Assembly (NCBI GenBank): GCA_030038115.1
Contig: JASHPM010000493.1
Span: 1 to 45,577 of the forward strand
Length of the DNA: 45,577 nucleotides
Origin: Acidobacteriaceae bacterium
GTDB taxonomy: Bacteria; Acidobacteriota; Terriglobia; Terriglobales; Acidobacteriaceae
Reading direction: 5' to 3'
Shown: one piece after another, positions 36,258 to 45,250 of the stretch
Numbering within the stretch: the first letter of the stretch is position 1
Layout of the letters: each line of letters opens with the position of its first letter
Program-made: the position numbers and the translations under genes
The notes under the pieces: model-generated
Told to the model about the DNA's origin: nothing
The model's database searches: none
The model's input: the letters and a program-made list of their open reading frames with translations, nothing else

Positions 36258-37382
36258 TTGGCGAAGAAGATCATTATCACAAGAGCATGTGACGTTCCTC
36301 CCGACGTGCGTGTCGAGAAGATCGCGGACTCGCTTTGTGCACTGGGCCACAATGTGTCCGTGTTTGCCTGGAACAGAGGGGACAAACTGCCGGAGCGGGA
36401 GGCCAAAAGCTTTGGCGAGGTCAGGCGCTTTGGAACCCGAGCGGGGTACGGTTCTGGGCTGAGACTGATGCCGAAAATGCTCTGGTTTTGGATGGTGCTT
36501 TTTGCAAGTCTGCTTAAGGAACGCTTCGATGCGCTCCATGCCTGCGATTTCGATACGCTTCCACCGGCGCTCTTGGCTGCAAAGCTAAAGGGCAGGAAAC
36601 TTGTCTACGACATTTTTGATTTTTACGCGGAAGGCGGAAGCATCCCAGGGTCGTTGCGGCCGGCAATTCGGTTCGCAGAGAAACTGCTTATGCGGCTGGC
36701 TGACTCCGTCATTGTGGTTGACGAAGTCAGGCTTCCCTATCTGCCAGATGGAGTGAGAGCACGGACCGAAATCGTGTATAACTCGCCGCCTGATATGCTC
36801 GACAAGCTGCGGGTGTCGTCTTTCTCCCGAGTGCCTGCCAAAAGTTCGAAATTCAGGGTGGTTTATTCAGGCAATTTGATTGAACGGCGTTACATCCTGG
36901 AGCTGGCCGAGGCGGTGGGCCGCTCTGATGGAACAGAGATGATCATCGCGGGTTTCGGGCCGAAACAGTTTGTGGATAAGCTCGTTGCCAAGATCAGCGG
37001 ATATGAAAACGTCTCGAATACGGGTAGACTCTCGTTGACGGAGTCGCTGGCGCTGGTTTCCACTGCGGATGTGGTTTTCTCCCTTAATGATCCCGCGGTC
37101 CCTAACAACAAGATGGCCAGTTCGAACAAGCTTTTCGAGACGATGATGCTTGGCAAGCCAGTCGTCGTGAACAAGGGTACGTCAATGGAGGAGAAGGTTA
37201 GGAAACTCAATTGCGGACTGGTAGTAGAAGACGGCAGCCCTAAATCACTCGCCAGTGCGCTGCGTTTCCTCAGGGAAAAGCCTATCTTGGCGCGACAGAT
37301 GGGAGAAAACGGCCGTCGTGCTTATGAAAGACTCTACGATTGGAAATTCATGGCGGAGAGGCTTGCGAAGCTTTATCAATGA
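36258..37382 (+). CDS. GT4-family glycosyltransferase
   Basis: 374 aa with a TTG start. The N-terminus is KKIIITRACDVPPDVRVEKIADSLCALGHNVSVF. The C-terminal Glycos_transf_1-like region includes VVYSGNL and SNKLFETMMLGKPVVV. Confidence 0.75.
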   Translation: MAKKIIITRACDVPPDVRVEKIADSLCALGHNVSVFAWNRGDKLPEREAKSFGEVRRFGTRAGYGSGLRLMPKMLWFWMVLFASLLKERFDALHACDFDTLPPALLAAKLKGRKLVYDIFDFYAEGGSIPGSLRPAIRFAEKLLMRLADSVIVVDEVRLPYLPDGVRARTEIVYNSPPDMLDKLRVSSFSRVPAKSSKFRVVYSGNLIERRYILELAEAVGRSDGTEMIIAGFGPKQFVDKLVAKISGYENVSNTGRLSLTESLALVSTADVVFSLNDPAVPNNKMASSNKLFETMMLGKPVVVNKGTSMEEKVRKLNCGLVVEDGSPKSLASALRFLREKPILARQMGENGRRAYERLYDWKFMAERLAKLYQ

Positions 37383-37520
37383 GAGTCCCCGTGCAGGGGT
37401 GACCTGCCTGCTTCCCAGCCCAATGCGAAAACACCTCCGTCCTGAAAGAGGAATAGGACAATGGCAGATCCTCACCGACGAGGAACCCTTAACCAAATCA
37501 GAATGAAAGTGAACTAAATA

Positions 37521-38660
37521 ATGCCCCTTAGAGTTCTAGTGGTCTTTGGCACAAGACCGGAAGCCATCAAGATGGTGCCAGTAATAAAGGTCCTACAAGC
37601 AAAGCCAGAACTCTATCAGGTAACAGTATGTGTAACCGCACAGCATCGAGAGCTACTTGACCAGGTTCTCGAAGCATTTTCCGTGAAACCGGACTTCGAT
37701 CTTGACCTGATGTCAGCGCGACAGGACTTGTACGACGTGACCGCACTGGTCCTAAAAGGCATGAAGACCGTCATTGGGAAAGCTGAGTCAGACCTCGTCC
37801 TGGTTCAGGGCGACACGACTACTACGGCAGCAGCAAGTCTATCTGCTTTTTATGCCCGAATCCCAATCGGGCATGTCGAGGCTGGATTGCGCACTTTTAA
37901 TAAACGCTCTCCGTTTCCAGAAGAAGTTAATCGTCGGATCACAGGGGCGGTAGCGGACTTGCACTTCGTACCTACGAAAAGGGCCAGGCAGAATCTTTTA
38001 GACGAACATGTATCTGACAGCTCGATATTTGTAACCGGGAATACCTCAATCGACACTCTCAAGATGGCGCAAGAGTTGATGGGGCTGAAAGGGCGGCGGC
38101 CAGGCTGTCGCATCCTTGTTACCGCACATCGTCGGGAGAATTTCGGAGAGGGAATCGCAAACATATGCGACGCATTAAAAATTATCGGATCCCGGTATCC
38201 GGGTTTAGAGATAATCTATCCTGTACACCCTAATCCAAACATATGCGATCCTGTGAGGGCGCGACTGCATGGAATTCCTAATATCAAGCTGTTGCCCGCA
38301 CTAGATTATTTTGAGTTTGTTAGGGAAATGTATCATGCGACGTTGATTCTATCCGATTCTGGCGGAGTGCAAGAGGAGGCGCCGGCGTTTGGAAGGCCTG
38401 TGTTGGTGCTTCGCGATACAACCGAGCGTCCAGAAGCAGTTGAGGCTGGCACCGCGAAGCTTGTTGGTACGGGATGCGAAAACATCGTACAGTCCGTATC
38501 TGGATTGCTGGAGAACAAAGATTTGTATTCGTCTATGGCGTGCGCCAGGAACCCATTCGGTGACGGAACCGCGGCAATTCATATAGAAGCTGCTATCCAT
38601 GAGTGGGTTCGCCCCCGGAAGAATGGCTTAAGGCCATTGACTGACGGCTCGGAAAGATGA
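37521..38660 (+). CDS. wecB: UDP-N-acetylglucosamine 2-epimerase (non-hydrolysing)
   Basis: 379 aa. The sequence LRVLVVFGTRPEAIKMVPV, QGDTTTTAAASLSAFY, IGHVEAGLRT, PEEVNRR and SDSGGVQEEAPAFGRPVLVLRDTTERPE matches WecB/MnaA hallmarks throughout. Confidence 0.9.
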   Translation: MPLRVLVVFGTRPEAIKMVPVIKVLQAKPELYQVTVCVTAQHRELLDQVLEAFSVKPDFDLDLMSARQDLYDVTALVLKGMKTVIGKAESDLVLVQGDTTTTAAASLSAFYARIPIGHVEAGLRTFNKRSPFPEEVNRRITGAVADLHFVPTKRARQNLLDEHVSDSSIFVTGNTSIDTLKMAQELMGLKGRRPGCRILVTAHRRENFGEGIANICDALKIIGSRYPGLEIIYPVHPNPNICDPVRARLHGIPNIKLLPALDYFEFVREMYHATLILSDSGGVQEEAPAFGRPVLVLRDTTERPEAVEAGTAKLVGTGCENIVQSVSGLLENKDLYSSMACARNPFGDGTAAIHIEAAIHEWVRPRKNGLRPLTDGSER

Positions 38661-38793
38661 AGCGACGAATTGTGGTGTTCTCCGGCTGGTCTTTGCCGGA
38701 CTCGAAGACGGGGCGGAACGGCAACCGCGCTTGCCACCGTTCACCATTCATAAACTGTGACAATTCACCAATTCAGAGTTAGGAGCAAAGGAA

Positions 38794-39771
38794 ATGAACA
38801 TACTTGTTGCAGGCGGGGCAGGTTATATCGGGGGCGCCGTCACTGACGCTTTGAGCAAACAGGATCACCACGTTCGCGTTTATGACTCCCTCTTGTACGA
38901 AGAAGCCTATCGAAAGCCAGGCGACTTCGTGTTTGGCGATGTGAGAGATTACGAGCGGCTCAAACCTCACCTACAGTGGGCCGATGCCGTGATATGGTTG
39001 GCGGCGCTCGTGGGCGACGGCGCATGCCAGCTCAATCCGGAGATCAGCGTTGAGGTAAACCAGGAGACGGTAAGATGGCTGGCCGACGGCTACGACGGCC
39101 GTATCGTGTTCATGTCGACCTGTTCGGTTTATGGTGCACAGGACAAGGTCACTCTCGACGAGACGTCACCAACTAACCCATTGTCCGTATATGCTGCCAC
39201 CAAGCTGGCGGCTGAGCAGTACCTCGCAGAAAAGAACGCCATTATCTTCCGTCTCGGAACCATCTTCGGCATTGGAGATGAGTTCTCGCGTCTGAGATTG
39301 GACCTGGTGGTGAACACTCTTACCGTGCGCGCATGGCAAAACGGCAAGATCACAGTTTTCGGAGGTGACCAGTTCCGTCCTCTGCTGCACGTGAGAGACG
39401 CCGCCCAGGCGGCCGCCGAAAACGTCACGACGACCGCTACCGGAATCTTTAATCTCCATCGGCAGAACGTTCGCATCGCGGACCTGGCTTATCAGGTTCG
39501 CAACCATTTCCCGGACGTGGTGATCGAGGAGACGCCGATGAAGTTTCAAGATTCGCGGAATTACCGCGTCTCCAGCACGAAAGCTCGTGAAATCCTGGGA
39601 TTTTCGCCGCAGTATTCGATCGACGCGGGGATAGAAGAGTTGAAAGTACTGCTGGAAGCCAACCGCATGCGGGATCTCTCCAATCCTCGGTATACGAACC
39701 AGGCATTCCTGTCGAGGAACGGAATCCATAAAGAAGTGGCGAGGAGAGTTATGGCGGAGGTGGGCCAGTGA
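38794..39771 (+). CDS. NAD-dependent sugar-nucleotide epimerase/dehydratase (extended SDR)
   Basis: 325 aa with AGGAG upstream of the ATG. The Rossmann motif is ILVAGGAGYIGGAV. The catalytic elements are S (MSTCSVYG) and YxxxK (YAATK). Confidence 0.85.
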   Translation: MNILVAGGAGYIGGAVTDALSKQDHHVRVYDSLLYEEAYRKPGDFVFGDVRDYERLKPHLQWADAVIWLAALVGDGACQLNPEISVEVNQETVRWLADGYDGRIVFMSTCSVYGAQDKVTLDETSPTNPLSVYAATKLAAEQYLAEKNAIIFRLGTIFGIGDEFSRLRLDLVVNTLTVRAWQNGKITVFGGDQFRPLLHVRDAAQAAAENVTTTATGIFNLHRQNVRIADLAYQVRNHFPDVVIEETPMKFQDSRNYRVSSTKAREILGFSPQYSIDAGIEELKVLLEANRMRDLSNPRYTNQAFLSRNGIHKEVARRVMAEVGQ

Positions 39772-40220
39772 CCTTGGAGGGCCAACTTCCCACCCTTATG
39801 GAAGGGCAAATTCGGCTTGACGACCGCGGCTCCGTCTCGTTTGTCAATGATTTCGATTTTCATGGCGTGAAACGCTGTTACCTTGTCAGCAATCACCGGA
39901 CAGGTTTTGTACGAGCCTGGCATGCACATCGCAAGGAAGCGAAATACGTGACGGCTGTGCAAGGGGCTGCAGTGGTTGCAGCGGTGAAGGTCGACAATTG
40001 GGAGACACCGAGCGTCACGGCGAAGGTTCACCGGTATGTGCTTTCGTCGGCGAACCCCGGCGTGCTTTTCATTCCTGCTGGTCATGCCAACGGTTTCATG
40101 TCTCTGACCGAAGATGCCAAGCTCATGTTTTTTTCCACCTCGACCCTTGAGGAAAGCCGCGACGACGACGTTCGCTACGACGCACGGCACTGGAACCCAT
40201 GGGACGTGGTGGAACGCTGA
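39768..40220 (+). CDS. cupin-fold sugar-nucleotide epimerase/isomerase-like protein (RmlC/WxcM/Cap5F-C-terminal-like)
   Basis: 150 aa with a GTG overlapping the upstream stop (GTGA). DDRGSVSFVNDF, GFVRAWHAHRKEAKYVTAVQG and LFIPAGHANGF fit the RG.H.H ... G..HG cupin pattern of sugar 3,5-/3,4-epimerases and isomerases. Confidence 0.65.
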   Translation: MTLEGQLPTLMEGQIRLDDRGSVSFVNDFDFHGVKRCYLVSNHRTGFVRAWHAHRKEAKYVTAVQGAAVVAAVKVDNWETPSVTAKVHRYVLSSANPGVLFIPAGHANGFMSLTEDAKLMFFSTSTLEESRDDDVRYDARHWNPWDVVER

Positions 40221-40249
40221 CCTCAAACCAGACACAGGAGCTCGGAATA

Positions 40250-41185
40250 ATGACGGATGTACTCGTGATAGGCGGCAGTGGAATGCTCGGATCGATGGTC
40301 GTGGACGTGCTTCGGCGCGAACCAGGGCTTAGAGTCTCTGCGACGGTCCGGAGTCAGGCAGCGGCTGCGAGACTCGGCGGCATCTTTCCGGAGGTCGACT
40401 GGCGCATGCTGGATGCCGGCTTCTCAGATCGAATTCGGGAGGCTATTGCCGGGGCGCGCTGGATTGTGAATGCAGTAGGGATCACCAAACCTTACGCCCA
40501 CGATCAGAACGCAGGGGAGGTCGAGAACGCTATCCGCATCAACTCGGTTTTTCCCTACGAGCTTTCCGCCGCCGCAAGGCATAATGGCGCAACGGTCCTG
40601 CAGATTGCAACCGATTGCGTGTACTCGGGGCAAAAGGGGGCCTACTCGGAGAAGGATCCTCACGACCCGCTGGACGTCTATGGCAAAACCAAGAGCCTGG
40701 GGGAGACCTTGCACTCCGAGACGCAGTGCATTCGCTGCTCGATTATCGGTCCCGAGCTGGGTGCGCGAGCCTATCTCTTTGAGTGGTTCCGATCTCAGGC
40801 TAAATACGCGGAGATTAAGGGTTATGTGAATCATCAGTGGAATGGGGTTACGACCCTGCATTTCGGGAAGTTGTGCGCTGGACTTATTAAGTCCCGCATA
40901 GCACTGCCTCATGTCCAGCATGCCATCCCCACGGCAACCATTTCGAAGTACGAGCTGCTGAAATGTTTCGCAGAGCAGTTCGACCGGCGTGACATCACAA
41001 TCACCCCCACCGAAGCCAGCACAGTAGTAGACCGCACCCTCTCGACTGCCCATCATGACGCGAACCGGGAACTGTGGCGGGCGGCAGGATACGACCAGCC
41101 TCCAACGGTTCCGCAGATGGTTTCTGAGCTTGCCAAGTTTATGCAGACGGGACCGTGGACCGAAAAAACATCCGTCGCAGCTTAG
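40250..41185 (+). CDS. RmlD-like NAD(P)-dependent sugar-nucleotide 4-reductase (SDR)
   Basis: The ATG at 40250 has AGGAG 9 nt upstream. The Rossmann motif is VLVIGGSGMLGS. YxxxK is YGKTK. The layout is RmlD-substrate-binding-like (IATDCVYSGQKGAYSEKDPHDPLDVYGKTK). Confidence 0.75.
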   Translation: MTDVLVIGGSGMLGSMVVDVLRREPGLRVSATVRSQAAAARLGGIFPEVDWRMLDAGFSDRIREAIAGARWIVNAVGITKPYAHDQNAGEVENAIRINSVFPYELSAAARHNGATVLQIATDCVYSGQKGAYSEKDPHDPLDVYGKTKSLGETLHSETQCIRCSIIGPELGARAYLFEWFRSQAKYAEIKGYVNHQWNGVTTLHFGKLCAGLIKSRIALPHVQHAIPTATISKYELLKCFAEQFDRRDITITPTEASTVVDRTLSTAHHDANRELWRAAGYDQPPTVPQMVSELAKFMQTGPWTEKTSVAA

Positions 41186-41246
41186 TTAGGGACTGCGTGT
41201 CCGCTTGCCGGTGTGCACGTCCGTGTTGGGGGGGAGGAGCCATGAG

Positions 41247-42389
41247 ATGCCGCTTAAGGTGATGACAATCGTGGGCACGCGCCCTGACCTGATCAAGTTG
41301 TCGCGGGTTATCAGTGAACTCGACCTGCGTACACAGCACGTGCTCGTGCACACCGGCCAGAATCACGATTATGAGCTGAATGGAATTTTCTTCGAGCAGT
41401 TGGAAATTCGAAAGCCCGACCACGTGCTCAATTCGGTCGGCAGCACTACAGCCGAGACGATCGGCAACGTGATCGCGAGATCCGACGCGGTTATAGCCGC
41501 GGAGCGCCCTGACGCAGTTCTGATTTTGGGTGACACGAACAGCTCGCTTTCGGTGATCGCGGCAAAGCGGCGCAAGGTACCGGTATTTCACATGGAAGCG
41601 GGCAACCGTTCGTTCGACGAGCGGGTTCCCGAGGAAATTAACCGTAGGCTGGTCGACCACCTCAGCGATATCAATCTTCCGTACACTGAGCACGCCCGCC
41701 GCTATCTCCTGAGGGAGGGACTGCGACCGGAAACTGTCATCAAGACCGGCTCTCCGATGAAGGAGGTGCTGGAGCACTACCGCCCAAAGATCGAGGCCTC
41801 GGATGTGCTGCGTCAACTGAACCTCGTGCCAGGCGGATATTTCCTGGTCAGCAGCCACCGTGAAGAAAATGTTGACAGTGAAGTAAATTTCGGAGACCTC
41901 CAGGAGTCCTTAGGGTGCATCGCGGAGAAGTACCAGAAACCAGTCATAGTGTCGACTCATCCCCGTACTCGCAAACGCCTTGAAGAATTAGGCGTTCGGG
42001 ACGTTCACGACTCTGTCCGGTTCCTTAAGCCGCTAGGTTTTTTTGAGTACGTAAGGCTTCAGATGAACGCTTATTGTGTGATCTCCGATAGCGGAACTAT
42101 CACGGAGGAATCCTCCATCCTGGATTTTCCGGCGGTTACTATCCGGCAAGCGCACGAGCGGCCGGAGGGCATGGACGAGGGAACGCTCGTTATGTGTGGC
42201 CTGAGGGCCACACATGTGTTGCACTCCATTGATGTGGTGACCTCTCAGCGGCGGCCGGGAGAGCGTGCCTTCAGGCTGGTACCCGATTACGACGTAGACA
42301 ATGTCTCGCAAAAGGTTGTGCGGATAATCATGAGCTATACCGATTATGTAAATCGCACTGTGTGGAGAAAGCCGACCTGCGAGGGATAA
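41247..42389 (+). CDS. UDP-2-acetamido-2,6-dideoxy-hexose 2-epimerase (FnlC/Cap5G/WbjD/WbvD type)
   Basis: The ATG at 41247 has GGAGGAG upstream. LKVMTIVGTRPDLIKLSRV, HVLVHTGQNHDYELNGIFF, LGDTNSSLSVIAAKRRKVPVFHMEAGNRSFDERVPEEINRR and IKTGSPMKEVL closely follow the Cap5G/FnlC subfamily rather than WecB. Confidence 0.85.
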   Translation: MPLKVMTIVGTRPDLIKLSRVISELDLRTQHVLVHTGQNHDYELNGIFFEQLEIRKPDHVLNSVGSTTAETIGNVIARSDAVIAAERPDAVLILGDTNSSLSVIAAKRRKVPVFHMEAGNRSFDERVPEEINRRLVDHLSDINLPYTEHARRYLLREGLRPETVIKTGSPMKEVLEHYRPKIEASDVLRQLNLVPGGYFLVSSHREENVDSEVNFGDLQESLGCIAEKYQKPVIVSTHPRTRKRLEELGVRDVHDSVRFLKPLGFFEYVRLQMNAYCVISDSGTITEESSILDFPAVTIRQAHERPEGMDEGTLVMCGLRATHVLHSIDVVTSQRRPGERAFRLVPDYDVDNVSQKVVRIIMSYTDYVNRTVWRKPTCEG

Positions 42390-42462
42390 TAACTACGCCC
42401 CCATTTTGCTCCGTTCTTGTGACACCCACTATTGCACCCTAAGCTCGCAGTGAACGAATTCC

Positions 42463-43653
42463 GTGCGCATCTTGATTCTGATCGACGATTATCTGCCCAG
42501 CATGAAATCAGGGGCGAAAATGATCCACGATCTGGGCCTGGAGTTGCTCCACCAAGGGCACGAGGTAATTCTGCTAACGCCCAGCCCAGTGATCGGCGCC
42601 ACGGTGGAAGTCTCTGGGGAGCACGGACTGCAAGTCGTCCGCGTGAAAACGGATAAGCTAAAAGGCGTATCCAAGCTGCACCGCGCGTGGGCCGAGATTA
42701 CGCTGTCCTCAACTCTCTGGCGGCGTGCCGGCACATTTCTTAAGGAGAACCCGTGCGATCTGATCATTTACTACTCTCCTACAATCTTTCTTGGAGCATT
42801 GGTCAGGAGGTTGAAGTTGCTCTGGCGTTGCCCTTCTTATCTCGTGCTTCGGGACATTTTCCCCAAATGGGCGGTGGAAGCCGGGGTCCTTCGCAAGGGG
42901 CTTCCGTATTGGTACTTCCGCTACAAGGAACTTGCTCAGTACAGAGCGGCCGACATGATCGGAGTGGAGTCGGCGGGCAATCTTGCCCATTTCTCCGGCG
43001 GACTGGGGGGTAGGAGGTTCTCAGTTGAGGTCCTGCCTTCCTGGGCATCAGTAAACGCCAACGGCGCAGGCAAGAGCGGATATCGCCGGCAACTTGGACT
43101 GGAGAACAAGGTCGTTTTCTTCTACGGCGGTAATATTGGCGTGGCGCAGGACATTGACAACATTGTGCGCCTCGCGAACGGCCTGAGAGAACACGACAAC
43201 ATCTTCTTCTTGCTCGTGGGAGAGGGGAGCGAGATAGTCCGCCTGAATCAATCTATTCGCGCTCTCGGGCTGCACAACATCAAGATTCGGCCGGCCGTGC
43301 CGGAGGAACATTATCTCGCCATGCTGCATGAATTCGATGTGGGTATCCTCAGCCTGCATCGAAACCTTACGAGCCACAACTTTCCGGGCAAGATGCTCGG
43401 TTACATGTCCTGCGGAAAGCCGGTTTTGGCGAGCATTAATCCCGGAAATGACATCCGCCGCGTTCTGGAGGAAGCCGGGGCTGGGTTGTGCTGTGATAAT
43501 GGTGATGACGAGCAGCTCCGCGAGGCTGCCGTTCGGTTGGCGTATGACCCCACAATGCGCGAAGCGATGGGCAGAAATTCCCGCCTCCTCCTGGAGACCA
43601 AATACTCTGACCGGGCGGCCGCTGACCAGATCCTGAGCCACTTTCGCACTTGA
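42463..43653 (+). CDS. GT4 glycosyltransferase, WbuB/WcaI-like (typical partner of FnlC-type epimerases)
   Basis: 396 aa with a GTG start. The supporting segments are RILILIDDYLPSMKSGAKMIHDL, VVFFYGGNIGVAQD and FPGKMLGYMSCGKPVLA. Confidence 0.8.
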   Translation: MRILILIDDYLPSMKSGAKMIHDLGLELLHQGHEVILLTPSPVIGATVEVSGEHGLQVVRVKTDKLKGVSKLHRAWAEITLSSTLWRRAGTFLKENPCDLIIYYSPTIFLGALVRRLKLLWRCPSYLVLRDIFPKWAVEAGVLRKGLPYWYFRYKELAQYRAADMIGVESAGNLAHFSGGLGGRRFSVEVLPSWASVNANGAGKSGYRRQLGLENKVVFFYGGNIGVAQDIDNIVRLANGLREHDNIFFLLVGEGSEIVRLNQSIRALGLHNIKIRPAVPEEHYLAMLHEFDVGILSLHRNLTSHNFPGKMLGYMSCGKPVLASINPGNDIRRVLEEAGAGLCCDNGDDEQLREAAVRLAYDPTMREAMGRNSRLLLETKYSDRAAADQILSHFRT

Positions 43654-43936
43654 TCAGCATCGGCCTGAGTCTCGGGGATGCGAGCAGCGCTGGGCTGAAA
43701 TGGTTAGCAAAAACCGCCGTGATTGATTCGAAGCTGAGATTGAAGCCTGCTCAGGGAGTATTTTTCTCGTCGGCGGAGGTTGTCGTCGAGTTGCTGCGCG
43801 AGCGGCTGGTGAAGTTGGCAGGGGAGAAGCCGCGGTTTGGCTCAGGTCAGCACCACTGGTTGTGCCGAATGTTCCGGGTAGGCCAATGGCGAGTTAGCGT
43901 CTAAGACACTCTCGCTTTCGATCAACGGAGATATAA

Positions 43937-45172
43937 ATGTACGATTATGCCGTCATAGGAGGCGGTATCGTGGGGGTTTCGACCGCGATGCAGCTTCTGG
44001 AAGCACGGCCGGGCAGGTCGCTCGTCTTGTTGGAAAAAGAAAGCGCCCTCGGCAAGCACCAAACAGGGCACAATAGCGGCGTCGTTCATGCCGGTGTGTA
44101 TTACTCGCCGGGCAGCCTGAAGGCGCGATTCTGTAAGCAAGGGGCAGCTGCCACAGCCCGGTTCTGCGAAGAGAACAATATTCCCTTCGAACGATCTGGA
44201 AAGCTCATTGTGGCCACGGACGAGTCTGAGGTCGGCGCTCTCAACGCTCTGGCCGCTCGGTGCGACGAAAACGGCATCGAGATCGAGATGCTCGATGCAT
44301 CGGAACTAAAGCGGAGAGAACCGCACATCCGTGCCGTCGCAGGTTTCCTGGTTCCCGCCACAGGAATTACCGATTATGTTGCGATTGTCAAAGCAATGGG
44401 TACCAGGATCACGGCGTCCGGAGGCGAGATTCGCCTCAACACCTCCGTTGTGAACATCCGCGAGAGCAGCGAAGTCGTCGATGTAATAACGTGTTCCGGT
44501 GAGATCCGGGCCAGGTTCGTCATTGTTTGCGCAGGAATTCAGGCAGACCGGCTGGCGCGCATGTGCGGCATTGAAGCGGATTTCCGTATGGTGCCGTTCC
44601 GCGGCGAGTATTATCGGCTGCCTGCTTCGAAAAACGGCCTCGTGCGGCACCTGGTCTATCCCGTGCCTGATCCGGACCTGCCTTTCCTCGGTGTTCACCT
44701 GACCCGGATGATCGGCGGCTACGTGACTGTGGGGCCGAACGCGGTCCTGGGCATGGCGCGCGAAGGATATCCGCGCTTCTCATTCAATCAGCGAGACACG
44801 CTGGAAACTATTTCCTTTCCTGGCTTCTGGGCGATGGCCAGGCAGCATTTCGGCTTTGGCGTGAAGGAGATGTGGAACGCGATCTACCGGCGCGGCTATC
44901 TAGCGGTCTGCCAGCGCTATTGCCCCGAGCTGACATTGGACGACCTCGAGCCTTATCCCGCCGGCATCCGCGCTCAAGCGATCATGAAAAACGGCACGTT
45001 GGTGCACGATTTTCTGATTCGTCAGACCACTCGGACATTGCACGTCTGCAACGCGCCATCCCCGGCAGCAACTTCAGCTATCCCTATTGGCCAACATATT
45101 GTGGATTTGGCTCTTGGTGGCCGGCAGGATAAGCTCAACAACTCAGGAGTGCAAACGAGGGAAATTCAGTGA
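43937..45172 (+). CDS. lhgO: L-2-hydroxyglutarate oxidase/dehydrogenase (FAD-dependent)
   Basis: 411 aa. The sequence MYDYAVIGGGIVGVSTAMQL, LEKESALGKHQTGHNSGVVHAGVYYSPGSLKARFC and the C-terminal LHVCNAPSPAATSA match the LhgO/YgaF family along the whole length. Confidence 0.85.
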   Translation: MYDYAVIGGGIVGVSTAMQLLEARPGRSLVLLEKESALGKHQTGHNSGVVHAGVYYSPGSLKARFCKQGAAATARFCEENNIPFERSGKLIVATDESEVGALNALAARCDENGIEIEMLDASELKRREPHIRAVAGFLVPATGITDYVAIVKAMGTRITASGGEIRLNTSVVNIRESSEVVDVITCSGEIRARFVIVCAGIQADRLARMCGIEADFRMVPFRGEYYRLPASKNGLVRHLVYPVPDPDLPFLGVHLTRMIGGYVTVGPNAVLGMAREGYPRFSFNQRDTLETISFPGFWAMARQHFGFGVKEMWNAIYRRGYLAVCQRYCPELTLDDLEPYPAGIRAQAIMKNGTLVHDFLIRQTTRTLHVCNAPSPAATSAIPIGQHIVDLALGGRQDKLNNSGVQTREIQ

Positions 45173-45214
45173 AATAACTCGTGACCCGGGCAGTTCAGCA
45201 GCCGGTTAAAGTCG

Positions 45215-45250
45215 AAGATGCCCTTGCGAGAGCGAGGGCATTTTTGTTTG
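45215..45250 (+). terminator. Rho-independent terminator downstream of lhgO
   Basis: A 10-bp stem pairs 45218-45227 (atgcccttgc) with 45232-45241 (gcgagggcat), including one G.U pair. The loop is a GAGA (GNRA) tetraloop. It is followed by tttttgtttg. It lies 46 nt after the stop codon. Confidence 0.75.

Noticed and set aside
38681-38750. Two hairpins in the wecB-SDR intergenic spacer (tccggc/gccgga at 38681-38700, and an imperfect gaacggcaa/ttgcc..cgttc stem)
   Set aside because: The stems are short or bulged and there is no U-tract. They could be incidental in GC-rich DNA, so they are insufficient for a terminator or attenuator call.
43650-43904. 84-aa TTG-initiated ORF in the 283-nt gap before lhgO
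   Set aside because: Its start overlaps the WbuB-like stop without an SD. It has no motifs or homolog-like features. It could be a remnant or simply the lhgO promoter region.
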